DNA of 64,000 nt from Candidatus Delongbacteria bacterium (GTDB lineage: Bacteria > CAIWAD01), in contig OY760505.1 of the NCBI GenBank assembly GCA_963663545.1, forward strand, positions 3,328,001 through 3,392,000. Reading direction: 5' to 3'. Position 1 is the stretch's first letter. Every line of letters starts with the position of its first letter. Positions 40,220 to 50,600 of this stretch are shown in pieces. Under the pieces are notes generated by a model. That model had not been told where the DNA came from. It searched no databases and saw only the letters and a list, made by a program, of their open reading frames with translations. The position numbers and the translations under genes were made by a program.

Positions 40220-41472
40220 TACAAACGCTGCATCACCAGTATCCATATGAAGAGCACTCGCTGGCTGCATGTAGCCCGATGGAGCTGATTCGGCAGGCTG
40301 AGTTGTGCCTGCGAGATGATCCTGAACTCGCGCACAATCTGCTTCAAAAGGCCGAGAAACTCGCTGCAACTGAGCGCGATCCTGTAGCACAGTTCCTGAT
40401 TGTTCTGTTCGAGGCGCAGTTGAGTCACCTCGCAGGTGATACAAGCAACTGTGAGCTGCTGCTTGGTAGTTGCCTGCGCCAGTTGCAATCCCTTGCGACT
40501 GAGAAGCGTCTTGAGTACGGCCTTCAATTGCTGAAAAGCATTGAGACAACGAGCCATTTCCACTTCTCCTTTGCCGTGCTACGAATGCTGGAACCCATAG
40601 CAATGGAAGCCGGTGACTGGGAGGCGCGTGCACGGCTATACTTGTTTCGCATACGTGCGCTCATGGAAAGCGACGATCCAGCTGGTGCACGTGTGACAAG
40701 CCTGGAAGCTTTGCGGCGCTTGCCGCGGTGCTACCTCAGCCAACGGCTCGATATGGCCAGTGCCCTTGCGCTGACCGAGACCTATTTGAAGCGGCCAGAG
40801 CACGTGCTACCCGTTATCCGATGGATGCTTCGTCTCGTGCGCCGCGTTGGCGCGAAGCAATGCTCGGGTTCACTGCTTTCCAATCTATCCGGCTACTACG
40901 CCAACCTGGGTGACTATGCGACAGCCTTAGAGCTGATCCATCTGGCGTTACCCCGATTGCGGAGTTCGGCTACCCCGAATGCACTGCGTGCGGGGCTACA
41001 CAATCTGGCCGTGTTGCACATTCGTTTGGGCGAGCCCCTCCTCGCCGACGAAGTCTTTGACGAGGCTATCGGTCTGGCGATTGAACATCAACTCTACGAA
41101 GCGGTGCGACAAAGCACTCGACTGCGCGCTCGTAGCGCTTACGAGAACGGGGATTTTTCTTCTGCCTGCAAATGGATCCGACTTTGTCGAGAGTACCAGG
41201 ATCGTGAGATCCGTCGTGAACAGGCGAGTCTGTCGCGTTTCATGCAAGCGCGTCACCAATCGAGGCTAGAAGAACTGGTGACGGATCAACGTCCCCAGGA
41301 GCTGAGCCTGTACATGACACGGCGACGGTTAAACAATTGCGAGAAGGATCTCCGTTTTGTCCTGTGCCGCCTGGAAGCACTGCGTATCAAGCACGGTTGC
41401 TGTCCAGCATGTGGCAGCCCGAAGACAAGGGATGATGTGATACAGCCCTCTTTGCGGAGAGTCCGGATATGA
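40216..41472 (+). CDS. Divergent TPR protein with truncated Cys module (cluster gene 4)
   Basis: LSNLSGYYANLGDY, LHNLAVL; C-terminal CCPACG only; GTGA overlap. Confidence 0.75.
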   Translation: MIQTLHHQYPYEEHSLAACSPMELIRQAELCLRDDPELAHNLLQKAEKLAATERDPVAQFLIVLFEAQLSHLAGDTSNCELLLGSCLRQLQSLATEKRLEYGLQLLKSIETTSHFHFSFAVLRMLEPIAMEAGDWEARARLYLFRIRALMESDDPAGARVTSLEALRRLPRCYLSQRLDMASALALTETYLKRPEHVLPVIRWMLRLVRRVGAKQCSGSLLSNLSGYYANLGDYATALELIHLALPRLRSSATPNALRAGLHNLAVLHIRLGEPLLADEVFDEAIGLAIEHQLYEAVRQSTRLRARSAYENGDFSSACKWIRLCREYQDREIRREQASLSRFMQARHQSRLEELVTDQRPQELSLYMTRRRLNNCEKDLRFVLCRLEALRIKHGCCPACGSPKTRDDVIQPSLRRVRI

Positions 41473-42791
41473 GTACTGAAGTAGCTACTTGTGTCACGGA
41501 TGCACGGGCTCTCTTGAAGAGCACGAGAACAATTCTGCGGCAGGCAACGGTTGAGAATTGTGACCGTGTGAGACAGCTCTTACCGCAAGTGAGGAAAGAG
41601 CGAGAGTACGAGCTCGCTTCGTGGCTTGGGCTGCTGCTTGTTCATCTGCAGCGGATCATGGGGCAGCACCGTGAGGCGCTCTCGGTGCTTGACCGGGCAC
41701 TAGTAGACGCTGGCAAGGCAAAATCAAGGCTTGCCCAGTGTCGTGTTACAAGCTTGCGTGGCATCATTCTTCGTGACACAGGCAAGTACACCGAGGCCGT
41801 GGACGCATTTCGACAAGTACTTTCACTGGGCGAGGAGTTGGCTGACCAACAGCAGATTTGGAATGCGCTGACGGGCATGGGATCCATTTCCAATGTGAGA
41901 CAAGATTGGACACGCAGCTTGTACTGGTATCGCCGCGCACTGGCTGTCTCGAGAGTGTTGAAGGACGACGCACGTAGGGCGAATTCCTTGAATCACCTGG
42001 CTGAAGTATTGGACAAGCGCGGTCATCTGAAGGCGTCGCTACGCTTGCGGTTGCGCGCACTCACACTTGTGTCCGGGCGTTACCTTGAACACACTGCCAA
42101 CATCAACTCAGGTATTGCACGTCAATTGATGCAGCTTCATGAGTACGCTGATGCGCGGTTTTACGCGCTGACAGCCTACAGTCTGCATCGACGGCAAGGC
42201 AATGTCATGGGACAGCAGGAGGCCTTACAGACTCTTGCGCACAGTTACGCAAACAGGGAAGAGACCAGTAAAGCGCTTCTTGTACAACGCAAGGCATGGA
42301 GCTTGGCCGCCGGGTTGGAGAATCCTACGATCATGTATCACGCAAATCGCGCATTGGCTGAGGTTCTGTTTCAATCGGGAGCCATCGCGGAAGCCACTGG
42401 TGTTATTCGAGAGTGTGCGCACGCCCTGGCAAAACTGAATCAGCAAGAGAAGCACCTTATCATTTCGCGCATGGAAACCACGACGACGGCTGAGCAACTG
42501 CGAACGACAAACAGGAGACTCGAAGAGCAAATCAGCGACCTGCGACGAACGGAGGAGAGAAGTCGACGTATCGAGAAGGATTTGCAGGCACGAGTGGTAC
42601 TGAAGGAAATGCTACACGAGGGAATTCGACTTTGTAACTCATGCGGACGAGTGCAGGCCAGAGACGAGGCATGGCAGCCCATCGATCATCTACTTGCTTC
42701 CATAGGTGTCTCGCTGTTCAGCCATAGTCTCTGTCCAACTTGTGTTAGCAAGCTCTTTCCCAATCTCAGTCGTGAGGGTAGATCTTCGTGA
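41469..42791 (+). CDS. TPR + coiled-coil + four-Cys zinc-ribbon protein (cluster gene 5)
   Basis: TPR helices; IRLCNSCGRVQARDEAW...FSHSLCPTC; ATGA overlap. Confidence 0.82.
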   Translation: MSTEVATCVTDARALLKSTRTILRQATVENCDRVRQLLPQVRKEREYELASWLGLLLVHLQRIMGQHREALSVLDRALVDAGKAKSRLAQCRVTSLRGIILRDTGKYTEAVDAFRQVLSLGEELADQQQIWNALTGMGSISNVRQDWTRSLYWYRRALAVSRVLKDDARRANSLNHLAEVLDKRGHLKASLRLRLRALTLVSGRYLEHTANINSGIARQLMQLHEYADARFYALTAYSLHRRQGNVMGQQEALQTLAHSYANREETSKALLVQRKAWSLAAGLENPTIMYHANRALAEVLFQSGAIAEATGVIRECAHALAKLNQQEKHLIISRMETTTTAEQLRTTNRRLEEQISDLRRTEERSRRIEKDLQARVVLKEMLHEGIRLCNSCGRVQARDEAWQPIDHLLASIGVSLFSHSLCPTCVSKLFPNLSREGRSS

Positions 42792-43798
42792 TACAACGCG
42801 ATGCTGTAACACGACAGTTGCTCGAAGACATACGTCAGCGTTGTCTTGAGGGCTCCAGCCCCACGTGGGAGATCGGTGCGTTACGTGACCATCATGCATC
42901 CACATCGTCAATGCATGAGTTGCTGGCAATGCTTGCCGAGCTGATGCAATCCCTGCAGCAAAGGGGTGAGTATTATGCCGCGCGTACTTTGCTGGATGCA
43001 ATTTCGCACACCCTCCATGAGTATCTACAGGCGCATGAGCGACTAGAGTTGCTACTGCTGCAAGCCGCGCTGGCCCGTGACCTTTCCCAGACGAGAAAGG
43101 CAGGTGATACATTCGCCCAAGTGATTGTGGCGGCAGAAGCGCTTGAGTATCACGAGTTGGCTGCACGTGCTCATCTGGGAATGTGTCTGATGAATGAGTC
43201 GCAGGTCGATCCAGGAAGAGGAATGTATCACGCCCGTCAGGCCTACCGGATGGCCAGACGTTACAATCTCACCGGATGGCGCGACGTAGCCATGAACCAG
43301 ATTCTGCAGTACCGCCGTCTACAGGGGCGCGAGGACAGCGCTGGTCGCCTGGCTGGAAGGCAGTTGCACTTGTTGCAGCAGATGGTCCCAGTTCCTGTTG
43401 CACTGGTGGCCTGCGTCTTGAATACCATGTGCCTTGTACTGATGAAGCAGAATCGCCTGCGAGAAGCAGCAGCCTGTGCTTTGGAAGCCTTAGGCTTGAA
43501 TCGTGGTTGCGGCCGTGATCGGGCCGTGATACAATGCATGTGCAATCTTGCCGATTGCTACATCCGCATGTCGGATACGTCACGGGCCCTCGGCCTGGTT
43601 GAGGAGGCTGTGGAAATGTCGGCTGCGCTACGCCTTGGGTATGAGCTGGCCTGCCTTGCCAGTCGTGTATCACAGTTGTGCGAGGGCGATACGGATCGGG
43701 AGCGTTGTTCCCGGGTTGAAGCAAGAATCGACAAGCTCCAGCATGAACTCGAGATGTATTTGAGTGAAGCCTCAGTGCACGAATCAGTTTTTCACTAG
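42788..43798 (+). CDS. Divergent TPR protein without Cys module (cluster gene 6)
   Basis: TPR-like helices (AHLGM, LNTMCL, MCNLADCY); GTGA overlap. Confidence 0.7.
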   Translation: MIQRDAVTRQLLEDIRQRCLEGSSPTWEIGALRDHHASTSSMHELLAMLAELMQSLQQRGEYYAARTLLDAISHTLHEYLQAHERLELLLLQAALARDLSQTRKAGDTFAQVIVAAEALEYHELAARAHLGMCLMNESQVDPGRGMYHARQAYRMARRYNLTGWRDVAMNQILQYRRLQGREDSAGRLAGRQLHLLQQMVPVPVALVACVLNTMCLVLMKQNRLREAAACALEALGLNRGCGRDRAVIQCMCNLADCYIRMSDTSRALGLVEEAVEMSAALRLGYELACLASRVSQLCEGDTDRERCSRVEARIDKLQHELEMYLSEASVHESVFH

Positions 43799-43968
43799 CT
43801 AACGATTTGAAAATCCAGCAAAATCGGTTTGGGGTCGACGCTGCCAGCTTGATTGGCTAACCGGAAAGCACGACTCTATGGGCTCATCTATCGATGGATC
43901 GTGGACCCGTGCGGTATGGACCGCCAGACGGGCCCGAAGAACGAGGTTGTTCAACCAGGAGATCCACC

Positions 43969-45600
43969 ATGCTTACCAGTTATCCCGTTCCCACTCCGTA
44001 TAACGAGCCGGTACGCGCTTATGCCCCCGGCACCGCTGAACGAACTTCCGTGCGTGCAAAGCTGAAAGCCATGAGCGCCGAAGTCCGCGAGATCCCGCTT
44101 TGGATCAACGGCGAGGAAGTCCACACCGACAGCAAGCATACCAGCGTGATGCCTCACAAGCATGCCCACGTACTGGCGCATTGCAGCCTAGCCACACCCG
44201 AGCTGGCAGAGAAGGCAATGTTGGGTGCCGAGAAAGCGCGCCAATCCTGGGCCGAAATGCCCTTCCGCGCTCGCGCAGCCATTTTCCTGCGCGCGGCGGA
44301 GCTGCTTTCCGGCAAGTATCGCGACGAGATCAATGTGGCCACCATGTTGGGACAGTCCAAGACCGTGTTCCAGGCCGAGATTGACGCAGCCTGTGAGCTG
44401 GCCGATTTCTGGCGCTTCAACGTGTATTACGCGCAGCGCATCATGGACGAGCAGCCGATCAGCCCCAAGGGCATGTGGAACCAGCTGCAGTACCGCGGCC
44501 TCGAGGGCGTCGTCTTTGCGGTCAGTCCCTTCAACTTTACCTCCATCGGCGGCAATCTGCCCACCAGTCCCGTGCTGATGGGATGCACTGCCATCTGGAA
44601 ACCGGCCACTACCGCCATCTACAGCAATTGGGTTGTGATGAAGATTCTGCGCGAAGCCGGCCTGCCCGATGGCGTGATCCAGTTCCTGCCTTTTCCCGGC
44701 GGAAGCTGTACTGAAGCCATCATGAAGAGCCCCTATTTTGCCGGTGTGCATTTTACCGGTTCCACCGGCGTCTTCAACCACTTCTGGAAGTACATCGGCG
44801 AGAACATCGACGCGTACCGCAACTATCCGCGCATTGTCGGTGAGACCGGCGGTAAGGACTTCATCTTCGTCCACAAGAGCGCCGATCCCGTCAATGTTGC
44901 GACCAATGTGATACGCGGTGCCTTCGAGTATCAGGGGCAGAAGTGCTCAGCCGCCAGCCGTGGTTATTTCCCCAAGAGCCTCTGGCCTGCCATCTGGGAA
45001 GAGATCGAGCGTCAGATGAAGCAAGTGCGCATGGGCGATCCTGCGGACTTCGGCAACTTCCTTTGCGCCGTTATCGACAAGAAGGCCTTCGATTCCATCA
45101 AGGGCTACATCGACAGTGCGCGTAATACAAAGGACGCCAGCATCATCATGGGCGGCAACTGCGATGACAGCGTGGGCTACTTCATTGAGCCGACGATTAT
45201 TCATGCGCACGACCCGCATTTCAAAACCATTGAAGAAGAGATCTTCGGACCGGTTTTCACCTTCTACCTGTACGACGATGCGGCCTATGAAGAAACCCTC
45301 GAGCTCTGCGACAGCACCAGCGCCTACGCGCTGACCGGCGCCATCTTCGCCAACGACCGTGAGGCCGTTGAACTCGCCAGTCGCAAACTGGTCAACGCCG
45401 CAGGCAATTTCTACATCAACGATAAGCCCACCGGAGCCGTAGTCGGCCAGCAGCCCTTTGGCGGCGCTCGCAAGAGCGGCACCAATGACAAGGCCGGCAG
45501 CATGTACAACCTCCTGCGCTGGACGAATATCCGCACCGTCAAGGAGACCCTGCATCCGATCACTCATTTCGGCTACCCCTTCCTGAGCAGCGAAGAGTAG
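43969..45600 (+). CDS. pruA: L-glutamate gamma-semialdehyde (P5C) dehydrogenase
   Basis: SPFNFTSIGGNL, FTGST, GETGGKDF, FEYQGQKCSA, EEIFGP, YINDKPTGAVVGQQPFGG. Confidence 0.95.
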   Translation: MLTSYPVPTPYNEPVRAYAPGTAERTSVRAKLKAMSAEVREIPLWINGEEVHTDSKHTSVMPHKHAHVLAHCSLATPELAEKAMLGAEKARQSWAEMPFRARAAIFLRAAELLSGKYRDEINVATMLGQSKTVFQAEIDAACELADFWRFNVYYAQRIMDEQPISPKGMWNQLQYRGLEGVVFAVSPFNFTSIGGNLPTSPVLMGCTAIWKPATTAIYSNWVVMKILREAGLPDGVIQFLPFPGGSCTEAIMKSPYFAGVHFTGSTGVFNHFWKYIGENIDAYRNYPRIVGETGGKDFIFVHKSADPVNVATNVIRGAFEYQGQKCSAASRGYFPKSLWPAIWEEIERQMKQVRMGDPADFGNFLCAVIDKKAFDSIKGYIDSARNTKDASIIMGGNCDDSVGYFIEPTIIHAHDPHFKTIEEEIFGPVFTFYLYDDAAYEETLELCDSTSAYALTGAIFANDREAVELASRKLVNAAGNFYINDKPTGAVVGQQPFGGARKSGTNDKAGSMYNLLRWTNIRTVKETLHPITHFGYPFLSSEE

Positions 45601-45632
45601 CCGAGAATAGCGGGTACAACTTTGTTATCCAG

Positions 45633-45657
45633 AGTGGCCGGGCTAGATCCGGCCACT
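45633..45657 (+). terminator. Hairpin terminator after the P5C dehydrogenase gene
   Basis: AGTGGCCGG-gctagat-CCGGCCACT with a T-rich tail nearby. Confidence 0.6.
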
Positions 45658-45836
45658 TGCACTTTTTGGCACAGCCTCCTTTTGCTACCATAAGGGCGGA
45701 GAGTCACTTCGGAATGTTCGTCCGGCAGGATGGGCACCCGCGAGTGAAGGGAACCGACCAATACTGCAACAGCCGTCCTATACGCCCCGCACCCGGGAGT
45801 GCTGCGGCTTCGCCGTATTTTGGGAAAGGAAACAGA

Positions 45837-46577
45837 GTGTCTTTAGTCCGCGAATTCGAATGCTGCGGGAACTGGTTGTTCCGCTTTCGCAGCTACCTGC
45901 CGTTATTGCTACTGATTCTCCTTCTTCCGCTCATTCCGTATCACACTCCATTAGGTGGGTCGAGTGAGGTCGACGGCTACTGGGAGTTGGCTTGTCTTGT
46001 CGTTTCCTTTTTCGGTCTGGGAATCCGGGTGCTTACCATCGGCTACACACCACGTAATACATCGGGGCGTAACACACACGGTCAGGTGGCTGACGAGCTG
46101 AACACCAAGGGAATTTATTCCGTCGTTCGGCATCCGCTGTATCTGGGCAACTTCTTTTGTTGGCTGGGAATCATGTTGCTGGTACATTCATGGCAGGTGG
46201 CCGCGCTCTATGGTCTGATCTTCTGGTTGTATTACGAGCGCATCATGTTTGCCGAAGAAGCCTTTTTGACACGCAAATTTGGTGATGCCTATCTGGAATG
46301 GGCCGCGCGCACACCGGCCTTTTTGCCTTGCTTTCGCAGTTGGAAATCGGCTGGAGTGTCCTTTTCGTTGCGCAATGTCGTCAAGCGCGAATATGGCGGG
46401 TGTTTTGCCATCGTCCTTAGCTTTGCGTTGCTGATCACCGCGATGCACTCCTTCAGGGACGGAAAGCTCGCCTTGTCCCCTTTGTGGTTGAGTCTGCTCA
46501 TGTGCGGTTTGCTCCTGTTTTGTGGCATTCACCTCATCAAGAAGAAAACGCGTCTCCTGCACGTTCAGGGACGTTAG
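45837..46577 (+). CDS. ICMT-family methyltransferase, LmtA-like, paralog 2
   Basis: WLFRFRSY, NTSGRN, GIYSVVRHPLYLGN, YYERIMFAEE; GTG after AAGGA; same length as paralog 1. Confidence 0.8.
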   Translation: MSLVREFECCGNWLFRFRSYLPLLLLILLLPLIPYHTPLGGSSEVDGYWELACLVVSFFGLGIRVLTIGYTPRNTSGRNTHGQVADELNTKGIYSVVRHPLYLGNFFCWLGIMLLVHSWQVAALYGLIFWLYYERIMFAEEAFLTRKFGDAYLEWAARTPAFLPCFRSWKSAGVSFSLRNVVKREYGGCFAIVLSFALLITAMHSFRDGKLALSPLWLSLLMCGLLLFCGIHLIKKKTRLLHVQGR

Positions 46578-46712
46578 TTTCCACAACTCTGATTCTGCCG
46601 TGTTACATTGCCGATACGCTTGTCACCGGACACGGCTTGAAGATGGGCAGAACCAACCCTGCCAATGGTGCCTGAGAGAAGAGTGAGGGCAGGAAAACAT
46701 CCTGGAGGACGA

Positions 46713-47204
46713 ATGAAGAAGATGACGCTTTCTCTGCTGTTGCTTGTGGCGATGCTGAGCAGCCAGGTTTTCGCTCAGTTGGGTACGAGTGATCCTGAGG
46801 CTGATCCGCGTGTGGCGCGCGCACTGGATGCCAAGGGGATTTCCTACACCGTTGATAGTGACGGGGATTACAAGATCGTGCTGGGAACCAACGACGATCG
46901 CACGCAGCTAGCCTTTGTGCGCTCATCGACGAACGAGTACGGCAACATGGAGATCCGCGAGATCTGGTCCTTTGGATACAAGGCCGATGGAGACGAGTTT
47001 CCCAAGTCCGTCGCCAACAGTCTGCTGGAGGACACCTTCAGTAAGAAGCTTGGCGCGTGGGCGAAGCTGGGCAATCGCGCTGTTTTTGTCGTGAAGATTT
47101 CAGCCAATGCGGATGCAGAATCGTTGTTCAACGGACTGAAAGCCTGTATGCTGTCAGCAGACACCATGGAAGAGAAGCTGACGGGCGATACCGACGAGTT
47201 CTAA
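46713..47204 (+). CDS. Exported hypothetical protein (possibly YbjN-like fold)
   Basis: GGAGG RBS, signal peptide, YTVDSDGDY, ADTMEEKLTG.DEF. Confidence 0.7.
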   Translation: MKKMTLSLLLLVAMLSSQVFAQLGTSDPEADPRVARALDAKGISYTVDSDGDYKIVLGTNDDRTQLAFVRSSTNEYGNMEIREIWSFGYKADGDEFPKSVANSLLEDTFSKKLGAWAKLGNRAVFVVKISANADAESLFNGLKACMLSADTMEEKLTGDTDEF

Positions 47205-47230
47205 ACCGCTGTAGAATTCCGTATTAGACA

Positions 47231-47255
47231 AGGGGCGCAAATGGCGCCCCTTTTT
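47231..47255 (+). terminator. Rho-independent terminator
   Basis: AGGGGCGC-aaatg-GCGCCCCT-TTTT. Confidence 0.75.
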
Positions 47256-47526
47256 ACTCCGCGTCTCGCTTCGCGAGCATTTTAGCGCAGCTTTTCTTGA
47301 GGAATAACAAGCGATTGAGCCCTCATTCAAAGCTATTATTGTCACGGAAACGGGTGTTCAGAATAACTACAGGAACCAGTGAGTTGTGCTCTCTGACCGA
47401 TCCTGAACAGAGCCGAATTAGCTTTCGATTAGCCTAAAATTCAGAAATAAGAATATACATTAAGTATCAATAGCGAGAATGCCGAATATGAGGCTGTCAG
47501 ATTCACCAGCTGGCGCTTTTTAAGCT

Positions 47527-47542
47527 AGGCATGGATCTTGCA
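47527..47542 (+). promoter_or_regulatory. Sigma-54-type -24/-12 promoter
   Basis: AGGCATGGATCTTGCA: GG(47528-29)-N10-GC(47540-41), downstream of an AT-rich tract. Confidence 0.65.
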
Positions 47543-47605
47543 ATTCGGTGAGCGCTAATAATCTAGACGTCAACGACACCGATTCATCATTTTCCTGGAG
47601 GACCC

Positions 47606-50600
47606 ATGAAGAGATTTCTGGTCTTGGGTGCGTACGGAATACTGGCGGCAACTTTGTTCGCCGGTGTGGCCTATGCCACCCAGAGCACGGTTGTTCCAGC
47701 AGGAGGGGCGCTTGTTCCAACCGGAACAAGTGCGCAGATGCGCGCCCCATCTTCTAATGCGCCGCACGTGGGAGTGCGCAACAGTGACTGCTCCCTCGCC
47801 GAGCCTATTTTAACATCCGCCGGGACCCATACCGTTCCCGTGGGCGGATATCAGTACTTCTCGTATACGGGTATTGGCGTTGGTCTGAATATCGAAACGA
47901 ATCTGGCTGGCACGGATTGCGATTCCGATTTGTACATCTTCTCAGATTGCGACCATCTGGTTGACGAGCTGTACTACGTCGACGGTATCTCCCCTGACTA
48001 CCGTGCATACTTGACGGATGGCAGTTTCACATTTGAAGCGGGTGTCGATTACATCATCGCTTTCACAGAGTATTATGGCGACGGTGGAAACATCGAGTTC
48101 ACCGTTTCTGAAGGCGTGCTCTATCCGGTACCGGCAAACGATGAGTGTGTAAACGCAATTGCGGTCAATACGTATCCGTCCACTGTGACGGGAACAACAA
48201 ACGGTGCCACCATCGACTGTCCCGAGAATGAGGATATCGATGATTGGAATGCCGTATGGTACGCAATTGATTTGCCGAACGCTGATAACGATGTCTGGAT
48301 CGACTATTGCGGAATGACGGAATCCTTCAGCACCATGGGTATCATTCTGCTGGAGAATTGCGGATGCGAAGAAGAGCCGCTAATTGCGCCTTATTACGGC
48401 TGGGATTGGGATTGTGGTGATACAACCACGAAGCCCTATGCCTTCTGGACCCAGTTGGCAGGTCCCACCACGCTGTATCTGCCGATCTACCTCGGTGGCG
48501 GCATGGATTTCAGCTTCAACATTGATGTTACACCAGCGAATTATGCTCCGACAATTGACAACCTAACCATTCTTCCTCACACGGAAGTGGCTGGCCCCTA
48601 CACAGTGTCTGCCGACGTGGTTGACCCTGAAAGCGGCTTGACGGATGTATCCCTGGTGTACGCTGTTAACGGAGGAACAGAAGTCACTCTGTCCATGACA
48701 GCTGTTGGCGACACCTACTCTGCTGCAATTCCTGCAGTGGATCTGGGTGATGAAGTCACTTATGCTGTTACCGCAACCGATGGTTTCTGGACCACGACCA
48801 GTGCTGCGGCCTCCTTCGAGTATCGTGCTGTTCAGTGGCCGCCGACAAGCTTTGCCGCAACGGAAGGCGAGTTTGGCGATGTCTCGCTGACGTGGTCAGC
48901 GCCTGTTATGCCCCCGCCGGCAAACATGGAGAGCTTCGAATCAGGAATGCCCGCTGATTGGACTTACTACAACGAAGATGGTGATTCCTACCATTGGGAA
49001 GCTTATGCGACGGCTGTGGCCTACGACGGCGGCTATGTGGCTCGAGTCCAGTATAACAGCTCGGGTAACAATGACTGGTTGGTGACCAATGCGCGTCAGG
49101 GAACGGCAACTTCCGAGATTACCTACCAGCTTGCGAATTACTACTCCTCCTATCCTGAAAGCTACGAAGTCTACGCAATGGCTTCCGCGACAGTGCCGAC
49201 AGCGGCTGACTTCGTCGCGAGCGGTACTCTGCTGACCTCCGGCACGCTGCCCACTGGGACGGCATGGCATGAGTTTAGCCATGACCTGAGTGCTTTCGAT
49301 GGTCAGCAGGTGTACATTGCCTTCCGTTGCACTAGCGTGGATGAGTACTACCTCTATCTCGACGCTGTAGTGTTCGACGATCTTGATGCGGTGACTGTTG
49401 TTGCCAGTGCTGGCGAGCCTGCTAGCACGGATAACGACCTAGAAGGCATGATGCAGAAGCTTGGCCTCAGCAAGGACCAGGCCATGGCTCGCATCGCTGC
49501 GGAGCAGCAGATTGAGTCGACTCGCGCCATGCTCGGATACAATGTTTATCGTGAGAGCGTCTTGATCGCAACAACGATGGACTTGTTCTACGATGATGTC
49601 CCGCCGCTGCCTGAGACGGACTACACCTACTACGTCACGGCTGTGTATGACGCAGGTGAATCCGATCCTTCTGACACTGCGGTTGGCAGCTATCTGGTGC
49701 GTCCCACCAGCGGTGGCCCCGATCTGCTCGGTTACACCTGGATCCACAGCGACGACGCCAGCGGCCCGGCCTATGCCTGGACCGACATTGTTGCAACGGG
49801 TACTGCGGCGACACTGACCTCTGATGATTCTGTTGATGGTCCTTTCGCCATTGGTTTTGAGTTCCCCTTCTATGAGAATTCTTATACCGAGTTCTATGTG
49901 AACTCCAATGGCCTGGTGACCTTCGGTGCCAGCAGCACGGCTTTCAGCAATGTCCAGCTGCCGAACACCGCTACCCCGAACAACTTGATCGCCGCTTTCT
50001 GGGATGACCTGAATCCTACGGCTTCCGATCCGGATGGAACGGTCTATTACCTCTATGACAGCATCAACGAGACCCTGACGGTCCAGTACAACCTGGTTGC
50101 CAACGGTGGTACGGTTGAGTTTGCCTTCCAGACCATCCTGATGGCTGATGGCAACATCCTGGTCCAGATCCAGAACGTTGATGAGAACGACGTTGTTGGT
50201 GCTACGGTTGGTATTGAGAACGCTGACGGTACTTCCGGTCTGAGTGCCAACTTTAATGGTGACGGTTGCTTGTTGGCCGATGGCGTTGCCATCCTCTTCG
50301 AGCGTCCCGACGCCGACGTTTTCCCGCCGGCCCTCGTTGTTACTCCGCTGGACGATACCGAGATCACCTCTGCGCCCTACACGGTCAGTGCTGAGATCAC
50401 GGATGCCAGTGGCATTGGCTCAGCTGTGCTGTACTATCAGGTCAGCGCTGGCGGTTACACCTCCGTTGCCATGACCAACACCACGGGTGACACCTACACC
50501 GCTGACATTCCGGCCCAGACCGCCGGTGCGCTGATCGACTACTATGTTGAGGCCACCGACCTTGGTCTACCCACGGCGAACACCGCCACTTCGAGCACCT

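Noticed and set aside
45625..45660. SAM-I riboswitch (TTATCCAGAG start)
   Set aside because: The following sequence is a simple terminator-like hairpin without the other SAM-I elements.
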